Notes: generated from the letters alone by a model not told the origin. A stretch of DNA of 64,000 bases from Actinobacteria bacterium UBA7524 (GCA_002478275.1 DLMY01000036.1:1-64000), one strand, 5' to 3'. Shown: positions 40,112 to 51,248, counted from the stretch's first letter. Translations and numbers: made by a program.

Positions 40112-40638
40112 GCCCGTTCCCCGCCCTCGGGAAGCAGACCCTCGAGCAGTCGCACGCGTGCACGCGCGGACTCATGGTCGATCTCAAGCACGACGCTCTC
40201 GATGACAGGAATCAGCACTTCGCCGAAGACCTCACCCTGTACGACCCAGACATCGTTGGCACCGGTCTCGATGATGTCCTCGATCGTGCCGAGGAGACCG
40301 TGCTCCTCGTCCCAGACCTCGATACCTACGATGTCTTCTGGGGAATCCTCGAGCACATCGGACAGGTCGTGGCGTGATGCGATCAGCGTACGGCCTCGCA
40401 GCGTGGATGCGGCATCCACTCCATCGATGCCGGCGAGTGTGAGGAGCGGCCCCTTGGGCCCCTGACGTACAGCCTCGATCGCCGACTCCCTCAGGTCCTG
40501 CGGGGGCGGCACGAACCAGACCCGCAACCCCGGATGGAGCAATTCGGAAGTCCCGGCCAGCATCTTGACTGACACCTCTCCGGAGAGTCCGTGGGCTTTG
40601 ACGATCCGAGCGAGCGAGATGAACGGTGCCCGCTGCAT
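40108..40638 (-). CDS. rimM: Ribosome maturation factor RimM
   Basis: IVKAHGLSGEV, TGANDVW, VLIP; located between the KH protein and trmD. Confidence 0.95.
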   Translation of the reverse strand: MQRAPFISLARIVKAHGLSGEVSVKMLAGTSELLHPGLRVWFVPPPQDLRESAIEAVRQGPKGPLLTLAGIDGVDAASTLRGRTLIASRHDLSDVLEDSPEDIVGIEVWDEEHGLLGTIEDIIETGANDVWVVQGEVFGEVLIPVIESVVLEIDHESARARVRLLEGLLPEGGERA

Positions 40639-40642
40639 GGAG

Positions 40643-40909
40643 TTAACCGAGCACGTCCACGTCCACGGAGTCACCGTCGACACTGGCCGCGGCGCGCACG
40701 ACCGTCCTGATCGCCTTGATCATGCGCCCCTGCCGGCCGATGATCTTGCCGACGTCCTCCGGATCGACGGATATCTCGTACGTCACCGTATTGCCGGACT
40801 CGACTCGGGCGATAGCGACCTTGTCCGGGTGCTCGACGAGTGCCGTGACGAGGAAGCGCAGCAGTCCTTCGGTGTCTGACTGTCTGCTCATGACCGGTGC
40901 GTCACTCAT
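40643..40909 (-). CDS. khpA: KH-domain RNA-binding protein KhpA (YlqC)
   Basis: [26 protein letters not shown]; start may be 40891. Confidence 0.92.
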   Translation of the reverse strand: MSDAPVMSRQSDTEGLLRFLVTALVEHPDKVAIARVESGNTVTYEISVDPEDVGKIIGRQGRMIKAIRTVVRAAASVDGDSVDVDVLG

Positions 40910-41402
40910 CCGACTCGGTGTCTGAAGCCTCTTCGGGAGCGTCCTCGGGAGCCTCAGCCTCTTCAGCAGAGGCTTCGGCCTCAGCAGCGGTTTCGGTCTC
41001 GGATGAAGCTTCGCCTGCGGGTACTTCAGCGGTCGCCTCTTCGGCAGCGGGTTCTTCCTCGGCAGGGGCTTCAGCGGCCTTAGCTGCAGCTTCGGCTTCC
41101 TCGGCCGCCTTTGCCTGAGCCTTCTTGGAAACCTTCTCGGCCTTTGCAGGAGCGCTGGCCTCGGGGTTCTTCGCGATCTCGTAGAGCTTGGCAGTCGTCT
41201 CGGTCATCTGCGCGCCCTTGGCCAGCCAAGCATCGACCTTCTCGACATCCATCTCTATGTGAGATGGCTGGGTCCGCGGGTTGTAGCGGCCGACGATCTC
41301 GATGAAGCGGCCATCACGCGGTGAGCGTGAATCGGCGACCACGATGCGGTAGAACGGCGCCTTCTTGGCACCGGCGCGGGCCAGGCGGATCTTGACTGAC
41401 AA
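40902..41402 (-). CDS. rpsP: 30S ribosomal protein S16 with long acidic tail
   Basis: [36 protein letters not shown] start after GGAGG. Confidence 0.98.
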   Translation of the reverse strand: MSVKIRLARAGAKKAPFYRIVVADSRSPRDGRFIEIVGRYNPRTQPSHIEMDVEKVDAWLAKGAQMTETTAKLYEIAKNPEASAPAKAEKVSKKAQAKAAEEAEAAAKAAEAPAEEEPAAEEATAEVPAGEASSETETAAEAEASAEEAEAPEDAPEEASDTESDE

Positions 41403-41461
41403 CGGTTCACCTCCGGTTGAAAGTGGCCTACTGCGGCCACGTACACGCAAAACGATGTGTA

Positions 41462-41490
41462 ATCATACGTCATCGCACAAGCGGGGTCAA
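41462..41490 (-). promoter_or_regulatory. Housekeeping-sigma promoter of the rpsP operon
   Basis: TTGACC-N17-TATGAT. Confidence 0.7.
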
Positions 41491-41564
41491 AGCGCGCCCT
41501 GTGCATCCTGGTGACCTGCAACAAGCCGTTCGAGATGGACTGTTCTGCAGCTACCGGAAGTGAG

Positions 41565-42917
41565 TCACATGCCGAAGGGTGGCTGCATCCCCGGCGGCAG
41601 ACCGAACTTGCCCCGGCCCTTTCCGCCCCCCTGCTTCTGGAACTGCTTCACGAGCTTCCGGGTCTGCGCGAATTGCTTGAGCAGTTGGTTCACGTCGAAC
41701 ACCGTCACGCCTGCTCCGGTCGCGATCCGCTCGCGCCGCGAGCCGTTGATGACTTGAGGCTTGGAGCGTTCCTCGGCGGTCATGGACTGTATGATCGCGG
41801 CGATGCGGTCGAGTTGACGTTCGTCGACCTCCGGTACAGCACCTTTCATCCTGCCGGCGCCGGGCATCATCTGAAGCAACGACGCGATGCCCCCCATCTT
41901 CTTGATCTGACGCAGCTGGCCGAGGAAATCATCGAGCGTCAGGTCGCCTTTGCGGAGGCGTTCTTCTGCCTCGGTGACTGCTTGCTCGTCCAGGGTCTCC
42001 TGGGCCTTCTCTATGAGCGTGACCACGTCACCCATACCCAGGATGCGCTTGGCCATGCGATCGGGATGAAACGGCTCAAGGGCGTCGAGCTTCTCCCCTA
42101 CGCTGGCGAAGATGATCGGCTTGCCCGTGACGCTCTTGACCGAAAGCGCTGCACCGCCTCGTGCGTCGCCGTCCAGTTTCGAGATCAGTACTCCGTCGAA
42201 GTCGACCCTCTCTGCGAATACAGACGCCGCGGTGACTGCGTCCTGGCCGGTCATGGCGTCGACGACCATGATCACCTGGTCGGGACGGACCGCTGACTTG
42301 ATGCGAGCCGCCTCGTCCATCATCTCCTCATCGATGTGCAGTCGTCCTGCGGTATCGACGATCACCACGTCGCGCATGGTCGCCACCGCCTGTTTGACGC
42401 CCTCGGCGGCGATGTGTACAGGATCCGAGCCTTGACCTCTGTATACCGGGATGTCGAGTTCCCGTCCCAGTGCTTCGAGCTGATCGATGGCTGCGGGACG
42501 ATAGACATCGCATGCGACCATCAGCGGTCGCCGTCCTTCCTTTCGCAGAAGGTTCGCCAGCTTGCCGCACGCTGTCGTCTTGCCCGATCCCTGCAAGCCG
42601 ACGAGCATGATCACGTTCGGGACACGGCTCGACATCGTCAGGCGTGCGTTGGAGCCGCCAAGTAGAGAGGTCATCTCGTCCAGGACGATGCCTACCACCG
42701 TCTGGCCGGGAGTAAGGCTGGCGGTGACCTCGGCACCCACAGCGCGTTCCCGCACGGCGGCTACGAAGCTCTTGACGACCTGGAAGTTGACGTCTGCCTC
42801 GAGGAGCGCGAGCCGAATCTCGCGCATCGCGGCATCGACGTCAGCTTCACTCAGCCGCCCTTTGCCGGTCAGGTTCTTGAAGATTCCCTGCAGACGGTCG
42901 CTGAGGTTCTGGAACAT
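41565..42917 (-). CDS. ffh: Signal recognition particle protein
   Basis: ALLEADV, GLQGSGKTT, DTAGR, KLDGDARGG, M domain SRRERIA. Confidence 0.99.
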   Translation of the reverse strand: MFQNLSDRLQGIFKNLTGKGRLSEADVDAAMREIRLALLEADVNFQVVKSFVAAVRERAVGAEVTASLTPGQTVVGIVLDEMTSLLGGSNARLTMSSRVPNVIMLVGLQGSGKTTACGKLANLLRKEGRRPLMVACDVYRPAAIDQLEALGRELDIPVYRGQGSDPVHIAAEGVKQAVATMRDVVIVDTAGRLHIDEEMMDEAARIKSAVRPDQVIMVVDAMTGQDAVTAASVFAERVDFDGVLISKLDGDARGGAALSVKSVTGKPIIFASVGEKLDALEPFHPDRMAKRILGMGDVVTLIEKAQETLDEQAVTEAEERLRKGDLTLDDFLGQLRQIKKMGGIASLLQMMPGAGRMKGAVPEVDERQLDRIAAIIQSMTAEERSKPQVINGSRRERIATGAGVTVFDVNQLLKQFAQTRKLVKQFQKQGGGKGRGKFGLPPGMQPPFGM

Positions 42918-43025
42918 GTGCGGTCGCGTCCTTCATCGTAGGTGCGGATCGGGCTTCAGACTACTGGGCTGTTTGCGGAGGCGTCAAACGCAGTGATGAG
43001 CCCTGGACTCACAGTGACAGGGATC

Positions 43026-43577
43026 TCAGTCCACGGTTCCGAACCGTCGCGCGGGTGAGAGTATCCAGAGGACCTTGCCCCGGATGTACGTCTCGTCAAC
43101 CGAGCCGAACAGACGGCTGTCCTCGGAGACCGGCCTGTTGTCACCCAACAGGAACACCTGCCCGTCGGGCAGCGTCGTCGAAGGGAATGAGAGGTCGCAT
43201 GCGGCGATCCTGACCGTGTAGGAACCACGTTCAGCTGAGCTGTTGACGAATGCGCGGCCCTCCACGACCTCGACGGTATCTCCCGGTAGTCCGATCACGC
43301 GTTTGACCATGTCGTTCACGACCGGGTGACCAACGGTGGAGGGCGGCCTGAGGATGACGATATCGCCTCTGTTGAGACGTTCATAGCCGCGAGTGACCAG
43401 AACCACGTCGTCGTGAGCAAGGGTCGGCACCATGGAGTCCCCGATGACTCGTGACGTCGAGTGTGTGACGTATAACACGATGATGACACCGGCGAAGATG
43501 AAGACGAGCACCGCCAGCAAGACCAGTGTCACGAGGCGTCCGACGTCGTGTTGGCGCGACGGAGCGTCCCCGTTCAT
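43026..43577 (-). CDS. lepB: Signal peptidase I (copy 2, divergent)
   Basis: TM helix, GDSMVPTL, MVKRVIGLPGD, LGDNRPVSEDSR. Confidence 0.9.
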   Translation of the reverse strand: MNGDAPSRQHDVGRLVTLVLLAVLVFIFAGVIIVLYVTHSTSRVIGDSMVPTLAHDDVVLVTRGYERLNRGDIVILRPPSTVGHPVVNDMVKRVIGLPGDTVEVVEGRAFVNSSAERGSYTVRIAACDLSFPSTTLPDGQVFLLGDNRPVSEDSRLFGSVDETYIRGKVLWILSPARRFGTVD

Positions 43578-44497
43578 CGTTCCGTGTCGCCGATCAACGC
43601 ATGGGAGAAGTCCCGGGGATCGAAGGGTCGGAGGTCGTCGATGCCCTCCCCGAAGCCTATCCGGGCTATGGGGATACCCAGTTCACGCGCGATCGCGACG
43701 GCGATACCACCCTTGGCTGTTCCGTCAAGCTTGGTGAGCGCGATGGAGTCGACTCCGAGGGCTGCGTCGAACTCTCTCGCTTGCACCAGGCCGTTCTGAC
43801 CGGTCGTGGCATCCATGACCAGCATGATGCGAACGGGCAGATGGCTCTCCTTCTCTGCCACCCTCTTGACCTTCTGAAGCTCGCGCATGAGGTCCGCCGA
43901 CGTGTGGAGGCGACCGGCCGTGTCGATCAAGACGAGCTCCGAATCAAGCCGTCTCGCCTCACCGAGTGCGTCGAACACGACGGCTGCGGGGTCCGCACCC
44001 CTGTCCCGCCGTACTACAGGTACTCCGGCGCGCTCGGCCCAGACGTCGAGCTGCTCAAGTGCAGCCGCCCGGAAGGTGTCAGCTGAGCCGAGGAGTACAC
44101 GTCTGCCCGAATCCACCGCCTGCTTGGCGAGTTTGCCGACGGTCGTGGTCTTGCCGGTGCCGTTGACCCCGACGACCAGGAGGGTGATCGGGTCATCCAG
44201 CAGGTCAGTGGTGCCGCTGTGGGAAACGAATTCCTCGGCGATCTCCTCGGCGAGATGTGCGAGAACAGCTTCCGCATCGGGCAGTGCATGCCGCGCAGCC
44301 GAGTCTCTCAGTCTCCCAACGAGTTCTGTCACGGCGGTGACGCCCATGTCTGAAGCGATGAGGACGTCTTCAAGGTCGGCCCAGAACTCCTCGTCGAGGT
44401 CCGGTCCGCGGCGCAACAGGATGTTGAGTTGGCCACCCAGCCTTTCGCGGCTCTTCGAGAGACCGTCGGCGAGGCGTCTATACCAGGGCGCGGTCAT
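43574..44497 (-). CDS. ftsY: SRP docking protein
   Basis: GVNGTGKTTT, ADTFRAAA, DTAGRLHT, TKLDGTAKGG. Confidence 0.98.
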   Translation of the reverse strand: MTAPWYRRLADGLSKSRERLGGQLNILLRRGPDLDEEFWADLEDVLIASDMGVTAVTELVGRLRDSAARHALPDAEAVLAHLAEEIAEEFVSHSGTTDLLDDPITLLVVGVNGTGKTTTVGKLAKQAVDSGRRVLLGSADTFRAAALEQLDVWAERAGVPVVRRDRGADPAAVVFDALGEARRLDSELVLIDTAGRLHTSADLMRELQKVKRVAEKESHLPVRIMLVMDATTGQNGLVQAREFDAALGVDSIALTKLDGTAKGGIAVAIARELGIPIARIGFGEGIDDLRPFDPRDFSHALIGDTER

Positions 44498-47400
44498 CTG
44501 TGGGCTCCGCCTCGCCGGGTCGTGAGACCTTCTGGCTCAACAGCCGGCTGACGCCGTCGGCCTGCATAGTGACGCCGTAGAGCGCGTCGGCCATCTCCAT
44601 CGTGCGCCGCTGATGCGTCACGACGATGAATTGGGTGCGGTCGCGCATCCCGTCAAGGAATGCGATGAAGCGCCGCAGATTGGAGTCGTCAAGGGCAGCT
44701 TCGACCTCGTCCAGGATGTAGAACGGGCACGGGCGGGTCCGGTAAAGGGCGAAGAGCAGGGCGAGCGCGGTGAGGGATTTCTCGCCACCGGACAGCAGCG
44801 ACATCTTGGAGAGCTTCTTGCCGACGGGTTGGGCGACCACTTCGACACCCGTGGTCTCCGGATCGTCGGGATCCGTCAAGGCGAGGGACGCGCTGCCACC
44901 GGGAAAGAGCATGCGAAAGACGTCCTGGAAGTGCGCGTCCACCTGTTCGAAGGTCTCAAGGAAGCGTTCGCGCATCTTCTTGTCGATCGCTGCGATGACT
45001 TTGGAGAGCGCCTTCCTTCCCGCAACCAGATCGTCCATCGATCCAGCGAGACGCTCCCGCCGGTCTTTGAGCATGTCGCGTTCCTGCATCGCTATCGGAT
45101 TGACCGGTCCGATGTTCTCAAGTCGCTTGCGAAGGCGATGAACGCGGTCCTGGACCTTGTCCCGGTCCTCGATCGGTTCGCTGTCCAGGGCCTTCTCCAG
45201 CGGGACGCCGATGTCTTCGACGATACGTGCGGCCGCTGCGCTCACCTGGACCTCGAGCTGGCCCTTGCGTACGCGAACGTCGCCTGCGCCACTGACATGT
45301 TCGTCGATCTCCGCCTGAACCGCCCGCACCGCTTCCTGGGCGGCATGGATGGTCTCACGTAGCGACTCGGAATCGGCCTGCTCGAACCGGGCACGGTCCC
45401 GGAGTTTGACCGCCCAGTACTCCGCTTTCTCGAGGAGCGCGGTGAACAGGTCATGCACCGGCTGTATCCTCTCCCGAAGGAGTTCGAGAGCATCTTCGGT
45501 GCGACGGGCTGCGACGATGGTTTCCTCGAGGTCGGCGAGCTCGGTCGTGATCGTGGTGATCTGCTTCTTGTGATGGATCTCGCGCTCGGAGATGGTCGCG
45601 ATGTCCACCTGGCATGAGGAGAGTCGTTCACCGATCGCGCTCTCGTCCCTGAAGCGATTCTCGCGAACCTCACCTGCAGCGGCCGCCTGTTCCTCGAGCT
45701 CCTTGATGGCGGCCTCGCGTTCGGCGATGGTCGACTGAAGTGAGACGCGAGCCGGTTCGTAGCGGGAGAGTTGCTCGTCGATACCCGACAACCTGGATTC
45801 GACACGCTCGTTGTCCGACTCCATGGTGGTGAGCTGTACTTCCAGTCGTCCGACTTCCTCGCGCAAGGAATCGTACTCACCCGTGACGGCGGCGAGGGAC
45901 TGGCCGATCTCTAGAGCGTCCTGCTGTGCGACTACAAGGGCCTCCTCGGCCTCGGAGACTGCCGCTTCCGAATCGCCGACGCGTGCGTTGAGGGCTTCGA
46001 CCTCGTCGGCCAGGCTGTTCATGCGTCGCTTGCGCTCCAGAACGCCGGCGTTGTCGGAGACGACCTTACCGGCAGTGACCTTGCCGTTGGGCCAGACGAC
46101 CTCTCCATCAGGTGTCACCACGCGACACCCCGCGCGGTCCATACGGGCGGCCGCGTCGAGGGTCGGTGCCATCAACACGTCGCCGAGGAGCGCTTCGATC
46201 ACGGGCCTGTACTCCGGCGCGCATGAGATCGAGTCCACCAAGCGGTCCCCTTCGACGCGCCGGGTCGAGTCCTGGCGCATCGCGTCGACGGGCAGCAGGG
46301 TGATCTCGCCTTCAGTGCGGCCTCGAAGCGCTCCGGCGATCTCATTGACCGCAGCGGTATCCGCGACAAGCAGAGCGAACAGGTCCGAGCCCAGCACGTG
46401 TTCTACGACATGTTCGAGAGACTCAGGGGCGTCGATGTGCTCGGCGAGAGGTCCGATCAGGCCAGGGAACTCCTTTGACTTGGACAGTGCCCAGGCGAGT
46501 GCAGGTGAGGCCGCGGCAAAGGCACGGTCAACCTCCTCCAGGCCGCGGATCTCGGCCCGTAGCGAGGCCATCTCATCGCGTAACGCGGAAAGGTCGCGTC
46601 GCCGGCTTTCCAGAACGCGGACCCGCTTGTCCACGTCGGCGTCGGCCAACGCCCGCTCCTTGCGCAAGCGTGCGGACTCTGACTCGAGCGTTCCGAGGCG
46701 GGCCCGGCGGCCTGCAAGGGTCGCGCCCAAGGCGACACGCTCCTGCTTGACGGATTCGATACGTTCTTCGACCAGCTCTCGTTCGAGGCTGGTGGAGGAC
46801 ATGTTGTGTTCGAGCGTCGCAAGTTCCAGCCGGGCATCTTCGTGCTCCTTGCGAGCCTTACGAATCTCGGCGTTGACTGCGGATAGCGCCTCATCGGCGG
46901 CGCTGCGCTCCTTGCGCGCGGCCTCGGCCTCACGTCTGAGCTCGCCGAGCTGTGTGTAGTGAGCCTTGAGCTGAGCGTCGGTGTGCGACTGCTCGTGACG
47001 CAGGGTCTCGAGTTCCGCGTTCCGCTGTGCGATTCGCGCCTCGCTGTTGTGGAGCTTGGCTCGAAGCTCCGAGAGGCGGTCGATGAGGTTCTTGCCCTTC
47101 TCCTCGAGCANNNNNNNNNNNNNNNNNNNNNNNNNNNNNNNNNNNNNNNNNNNNNNNNNNNNNNNNNNNNNNNNNNNNNNNNNNNNNNNNNNNNNNNNNN
47201 NNNNNNNNNNNNNNNNNNNNNNNGTTCTTGCCCTTCTCCTCGAGCAAGAGCAGACCTGAGTTGATGCGTTCGAGTACCGATTGAAGACGACGACGCTGCT
47301 CCCCGAGGTCTCCGACGAACAGACCCTTCTCCTCGAGCAGGTTCTGGAACTTGGCGAGTTCCCGTTCCTTCTCGGCGAGCCGGTACCGAAGGAGTTCCAT

Positions 47401-48162
47401 ACCTGCGTCGGACTCCTTCTCCTCCTTCGACACGCTGTCCCACTCGGTCTGCAGTCTGCGCAGGTCATCGACTGCCAGGGCGAGTTCGGACTCCCTCAGG
47501 TCGGCGACCAGTCCCGCATGCTCTGCAGCGCGAGTGGCCTGACGCTCAAGCGGCTTGAGCTGGCGGTCGATCTCTCCGATCACGTCCCTGGCCCGCTCAA
47601 GGTAGCCGTCCATCCGGGTGAGCTTGCGGACCGAACGCTCCCGGCGTTTCTTGTGCTTGAGGATGCCGGCGGCCTCCTCGATCAGTGCGCGCCTGTCTTC
47701 GGGACGGGAACTCAGTATCTCGTCGAGCTGGCCCTGGCTGATGATCGAGTGCGTGTCGCGACCGAGTCCCATGTCGTGAAGCAGCTCGTGGATGTCCATC
47801 AGTCTGCATGGTCCATGGTTCAGGAAGTACTCGCTCTCCCCCGACCGGTACATCCTGCGCGTGATGGTGATCTCGTTGAACTCGAGCGGCAACGTCCCGC
47901 ACGAGTTGTCCAGGGTGATATCGACTTCGGCCACGCCGACTGCCTGACGTGCCGAGGAACCAGCGAAGATGACGTCTTCCATGACCTGACCACGCAAGGC
48001 CTTGGCGGACTGTTCTCCGAGAACCCACAGTATCGCGTCGGAGATGTTGGACTTGCCGGACCCGTTCGGGCCGACGACGACGGACACACCGGGTTCCAGC
48101 AGAAGGGTGCTTTTGTCAGCGAAGGACTTGAACCCCTTCAATGTGAGCGATCTCAGGTGCAC
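44478..48162 (-). CDS. smc: Chromosome segregation protein SMC, split by an assembly gap
   Basis: GFKSF, GPNGSGKSN, coiled coils and hinge, LSGGEK, LDEVEAALD. Joining across the 23-bp overlap gives an in-frame 1182-aa ORF. Confidence 0.96.
47111..47223. other. Assembly gap (113 N) with 23-bp duplicated flanks
   Basis: gttcttgcccttctcctcgagca occurs on both sides. Confidence 0.95.
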
Positions 48163-48277
48163 ACGCGCCTCGCGGATCTCTTTGCTCGCGGGGGATTGCC
48201 GCGGGAGGAACGGACGTTCCGGACGCGTGAGATGATATCACACGCAGCGTTCGCAGGTTCGCCTTGCATGAGCGGTA

Positions 48278-48982
48278 TCACCTGGGCTGAAGCGATTCCA
48301 GGGCACGAGAAGCGGCATTCATTTCGGCCTCCTTCTTAGTGCGCCCTTCGCCGATCCCGAGTTCTCCGCCGTTCGTGCTCACGCGTGCGGTGAACGTGCG
48401 GTCGTGAGGCGGTCCTTCGACGGCGATTATCTCGTAGCGGGGAATGTCACCGGCCGACTGCAAGAGCTCTTGGAGTAACGACTTGGGATGCTCGAGGGAG
48501 TCGGCCGCTCCAGGCACGATGCGATCCGCCAGGGCGCGAAGCACCACTTCTCGCGCAGCCTCCAGTCCTCCGTCCAGGTACACCGCGGCGACCAGAGCCT
48601 CGAAGGCGTTCTCCAAAGCCGAAGCCATGCCCCTCCCACCGGTCCCCCTCTCGCTCTCTCCGACCATGATGAGGTCTGCCAGGCCGAGTTCCTCGGCCAC
48701 CTCTGAAAGCGTCGCTCCAGCGACGACCGCGATCTTGATCTTCGTCATCGTGCCTTCGGGAAGCTCGGGGAAGCGGCGATATATCTCATCCACCACCACG
48801 AGTCCAAGAACAGAATCGCCGAGGAACTCAAGACGTTCATAGTCTTCCCTCAGGTCGACCTGATCCGAATGGCTCGGGTGGGTGATGGCCTGGATGACGA
48901 GACCGTGGTCGCGAAAGGTGTGCCCGAGAACCCTCTCGACGGCCCTGATGCGTTCATGGGAGTCGGCAGACGGGGCGGCCAT
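48278..48982 (-). CDS. rnc: Ribonuclease III
   Basis: ERLEFLGDSVL, FEALVAAVYLDGG, dsRBD GPPHDRTF. Confidence 0.98.
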   Translation of the reverse strand: MAAPSADSHERIRAVERVLGHTFRDHGLVIQAITHPSHSDQVDLREDYERLEFLGDSVLGLVVVDEIYRRFPELPEGTMTKIKIAVVAGATLSEVAEELGLADLIMVGESERGTGGRGMASALENAFEALVAAVYLDGGLEAAREVVLRALADRIVPGAADSLEHPKSLLQELLQSAGDIPRYEIIAVEGPPHDRTFTARVSTNGGELGIGEGRTKKEAEMNAASRALESLQPR

Positions 48983-50208
48983 CAGATGCGTGCGAACACC
49001 AGGGTCGCGTTATGTCCGCCGAACCCGAATGAATTGCTCATCACTGCATCGAGTGACACCTCGCGTACCTGATTCGGAACGTAGTCGAGGTCACACTCTG
49101 GATCGGGATCCGTAAGGTTGATGGTCGGCGGCACGAGCGCATCACGCAATGCCGAGATACAGATGACGGCCTCAAGCGCGCCTGCACCCCCGAGGAGGTG
49201 GCCGGTCATGGACTTGGTCGATGAGACCAGCGGAGGGGATTCACCGAACACCTGCTTGATCGCCTGGGTCTCCGCGATGTCTCCGAGCGGAGTGGATGTG
49301 CCGTGCGCGTTGATGTAGCCGATGTCGGCCAGAGCGAGTCCTGACTGATCGACTGCCGCCTGCATCGCACGCCTGGCTCCACTTCCGTCAGGCGCGGGAG
49401 CGGTCATGTGATACGCATCCGCTGTTGCGCCGTAGCCCACAAGCTCTCCGTAGATCCTGGCGTTGCGTGCACGCGCATGTGAGAGCTCCTCGAGAACCAG
49501 GAGTCCGCCCCCCTCGCCCATCACGAAGCCGTCACGCCCCGCGTCGAAGGGACGTGAGGCTCTCGGAGGGTCGTCATTGCGCGTCGAAAGCGCACGCGCG
49601 GCGGAGAACCCCGCGAGGCCAAGAGGCGTGATGCCGCAGTCAAAACCGCCTGCGATCACGACGTCGGCGTCACCCCTGCGTATGGCCTCGCCGGCTTCAC
49701 CGATGGCATGGTTTCCGGTAGAACATGCGGAGACGGGAGCGTAGTTGATGCCGCGGGCGCCGTGCCGGATGGAGATATGTCCGGCTGCCAGGTCGACGAT
49801 CATCATCGGGACGAGGAACGGACTGACTCGTCCCGGTCCGCGTTCGGCCAGGACGGCTGTCTGCTCCTCCATAGTGGCAAGCCCGCCTATCCCGGAGCCG
49901 ACGATCACACCCACGCGATCCGCATCAACAGCTGTCATGTCCAGTCGCGCATCAGACATCGCCTCGTCCGATACCGCGATGGCGAACTGCTGGAAGCGAG
50001 AGAGGCGACGCGCCTCTTTGCCATCTAGCCATTCAGCGGGGTCGAAGTCGTCGACCATCCCGCCGAACCTCGTTGGATACGCAGATGTGTCGAAGTGGTC
50101 GATCGGCGCGATCCCGGATCTGCCCTGACATAGGGATTCCCATGTCCGTGAGGCACCTATCCCCACGGGACTGATGGCGCCGATGCCTGTGACGGCAACC
50201 CTTCTCAT
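48982..50208 (-). CDS. fabF: 3-oxoacyl-ACP synthase II
   Basis: RVAVTGIG, SACSTG, DGFVMGEG, NAHGTST, KSMTGHLLG, SNSFGFGGHN. Confidence 0.97.
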   Translation of the reverse strand: MRRVAVTGIGAISPVGIGASRTWESLCQGRSGIAPIDHFDTSAYPTRFGGMVDDFDPAEWLDGKEARRLSRFQQFAIAVSDEAMSDARLDMTAVDADRVGVIVGSGIGGLATMEEQTAVLAERGPGRVSPFLVPMMIVDLAAGHISIRHGARGINYAPVSACSTGNHAIGEAGEAIRRGDADVVIAGGFDCGITPLGLAGFSAARALSTRNDDPPRASRPFDAGRDGFVMGEGGGLLVLEELSHARARNARIYGELVGYGATADAYHMTAPAPDGSGARRAMQAAVDQSGLALADIGYINAHGTSTPLGDIAETQAIKQVFGESPPLVSSTKSMTGHLLGGAGALEAVICISALRDALVPPTINLTDPDPECDLDYVPNQVREVSLDAVMSNSFGFGGHNATLVFARI

Positions 50209-51170
50209 GCGATCGCCTCCTCGGAAGCCACCCGCCACTCGGCGACGAGTCTATCCATGAGTTCGTCCACTGCAGGTATGTCGTCGATCTGAGCCGCGGA
50301 CATACCGGCGAAGACGAGTCCGGTCTCCACATCTCCAGATTGCGCCCTGAGCAGAGCATCGATGATGCAGTACTCGTTGCCGCACTTCTTCAGACACGCC
50401 CTGCAGGAGTCGATCGGAGGATAGTCGCCGGCTGCCAGCGAGCGAGCGAGGGGATTGTCCAAAGCCCGTCCGGGAAGACCCACTGGGCTCTTGACCAGTA
50501 CGATATCGTCGTCGGTGGCCCGGACGTACATCTGCTTGAACGCTTCCGGGGCCGAGGACTCCTTGGTCGCGGCGAATCTCGAGCCCATCTGGACGCCGAC
50601 GGCGCCCATGTCCAATACTCGCTTGATGTCCCGTCCGTTCGCGATACCTCCGGCACCGATGACCGGGACGTCCACGGCCTCCACGATGCGCGGAAGCAGC
50701 TCGTCCAGTGTCTCCTGCGTCCCCAGGTGCCCTCCGGCTTCGACACTCTCGACGATCACAGCATCTGCCCCGAAACGCTGTGAGAGTTGCGCCACACGCT
50801 CGGATCCCACTATCGGCACCACTGCGGCGCCTGCCTGGCGGCACCATTCGAACAGGTCTCTTGAGAATCCGGCACCGGCGATGACGAGGTCTATCCCCTC
50901 GTCAAGAGCTGTATGCACGAGTTCTCTGAAGGCGCGAACCGCGACCATGATGTTGACGCCGACGATGCCGTCACCGGCGATCTTCCGGGCCGCCCTGATC
51001 TCCTCGGCAAGTTCAGATGTGGTAAGACCGGAGCCTGCGATCACCCCGATCCCGCCTGCACGTGCGACTGCACCGGCAAGCGGCGAAAGCGAGATCCGGA
51101 CGGCCATACCGCCCTGGATGATGGGCAGACGCGAGGTAAGGCGCCCGATGGACATTGCAGGCATTTCCAC
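50205..51170 (-). CDS. Nitronate-monooxygenase-family flavoprotein with C-terminal Cys cluster (FabX-like)
   Basis: PIIQGGMAVRIS, EAGGHLG, GVQMGSRF, SPVGLPGRA, CRACLKKC...YCI, GLVFAG. Confidence 0.85.
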   Translation of the reverse strand: MEMPAMSIGRLTSRLPIIQGGMAVRISLSPLAGAVARAGGIGVIAGSGLTTSELAEEIRAARKIAGDGIVGVNIMVAVRAFRELVHTALDEGIDLVIAGAGFSRDLFEWCRQAGAAVVPIVGSERVAQLSQRFGADAVIVESVEAGGHLGTQETLDELLPRIVEAVDVPVIGAGGIANGRDIKRVLDMGAVGVQMGSRFAATKESSAPEAFKQMYVRATDDDIVLVKSPVGLPGRALDNPLARSLAAGDYPPIDSCRACLKKCGNEYCIIDALLRAQSGDVETGLVFAGMSAAQIDDIPAVDELMDRLVAEWRVASEEAIA

Positions 51171-51196
51171 GTCAACTATCCTCTCGGATGAACGAA

Positions 51197-51231
51197 CGGC
51201 CGGGCGGGACCGAAGTGCCCCCACCCGGCCG
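51197..51231 (-). terminator. Hairpin after acpP
   Basis: cggccgggtggg/cccgcccggccg stem followed by TTCGTT. Confidence 0.6.
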
Positions 51232-51248
51232 GATATCTCAGTGTCCGA

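Noticed and set aside
42918..43025. Possible SRP RNA next to ffh
   Set aside because: No helix-8 CAGG...GNRA...AGCAG signature; the region is explained by a TTGACG-N18-TAGTCT promoter.
47088..47246. Apparent split or frameshifted smc
   Set aside because: Scaffolding artefact near an internal LLEEKG-coding repeat; the merged length is a multiple of 3 and normal for SMC.
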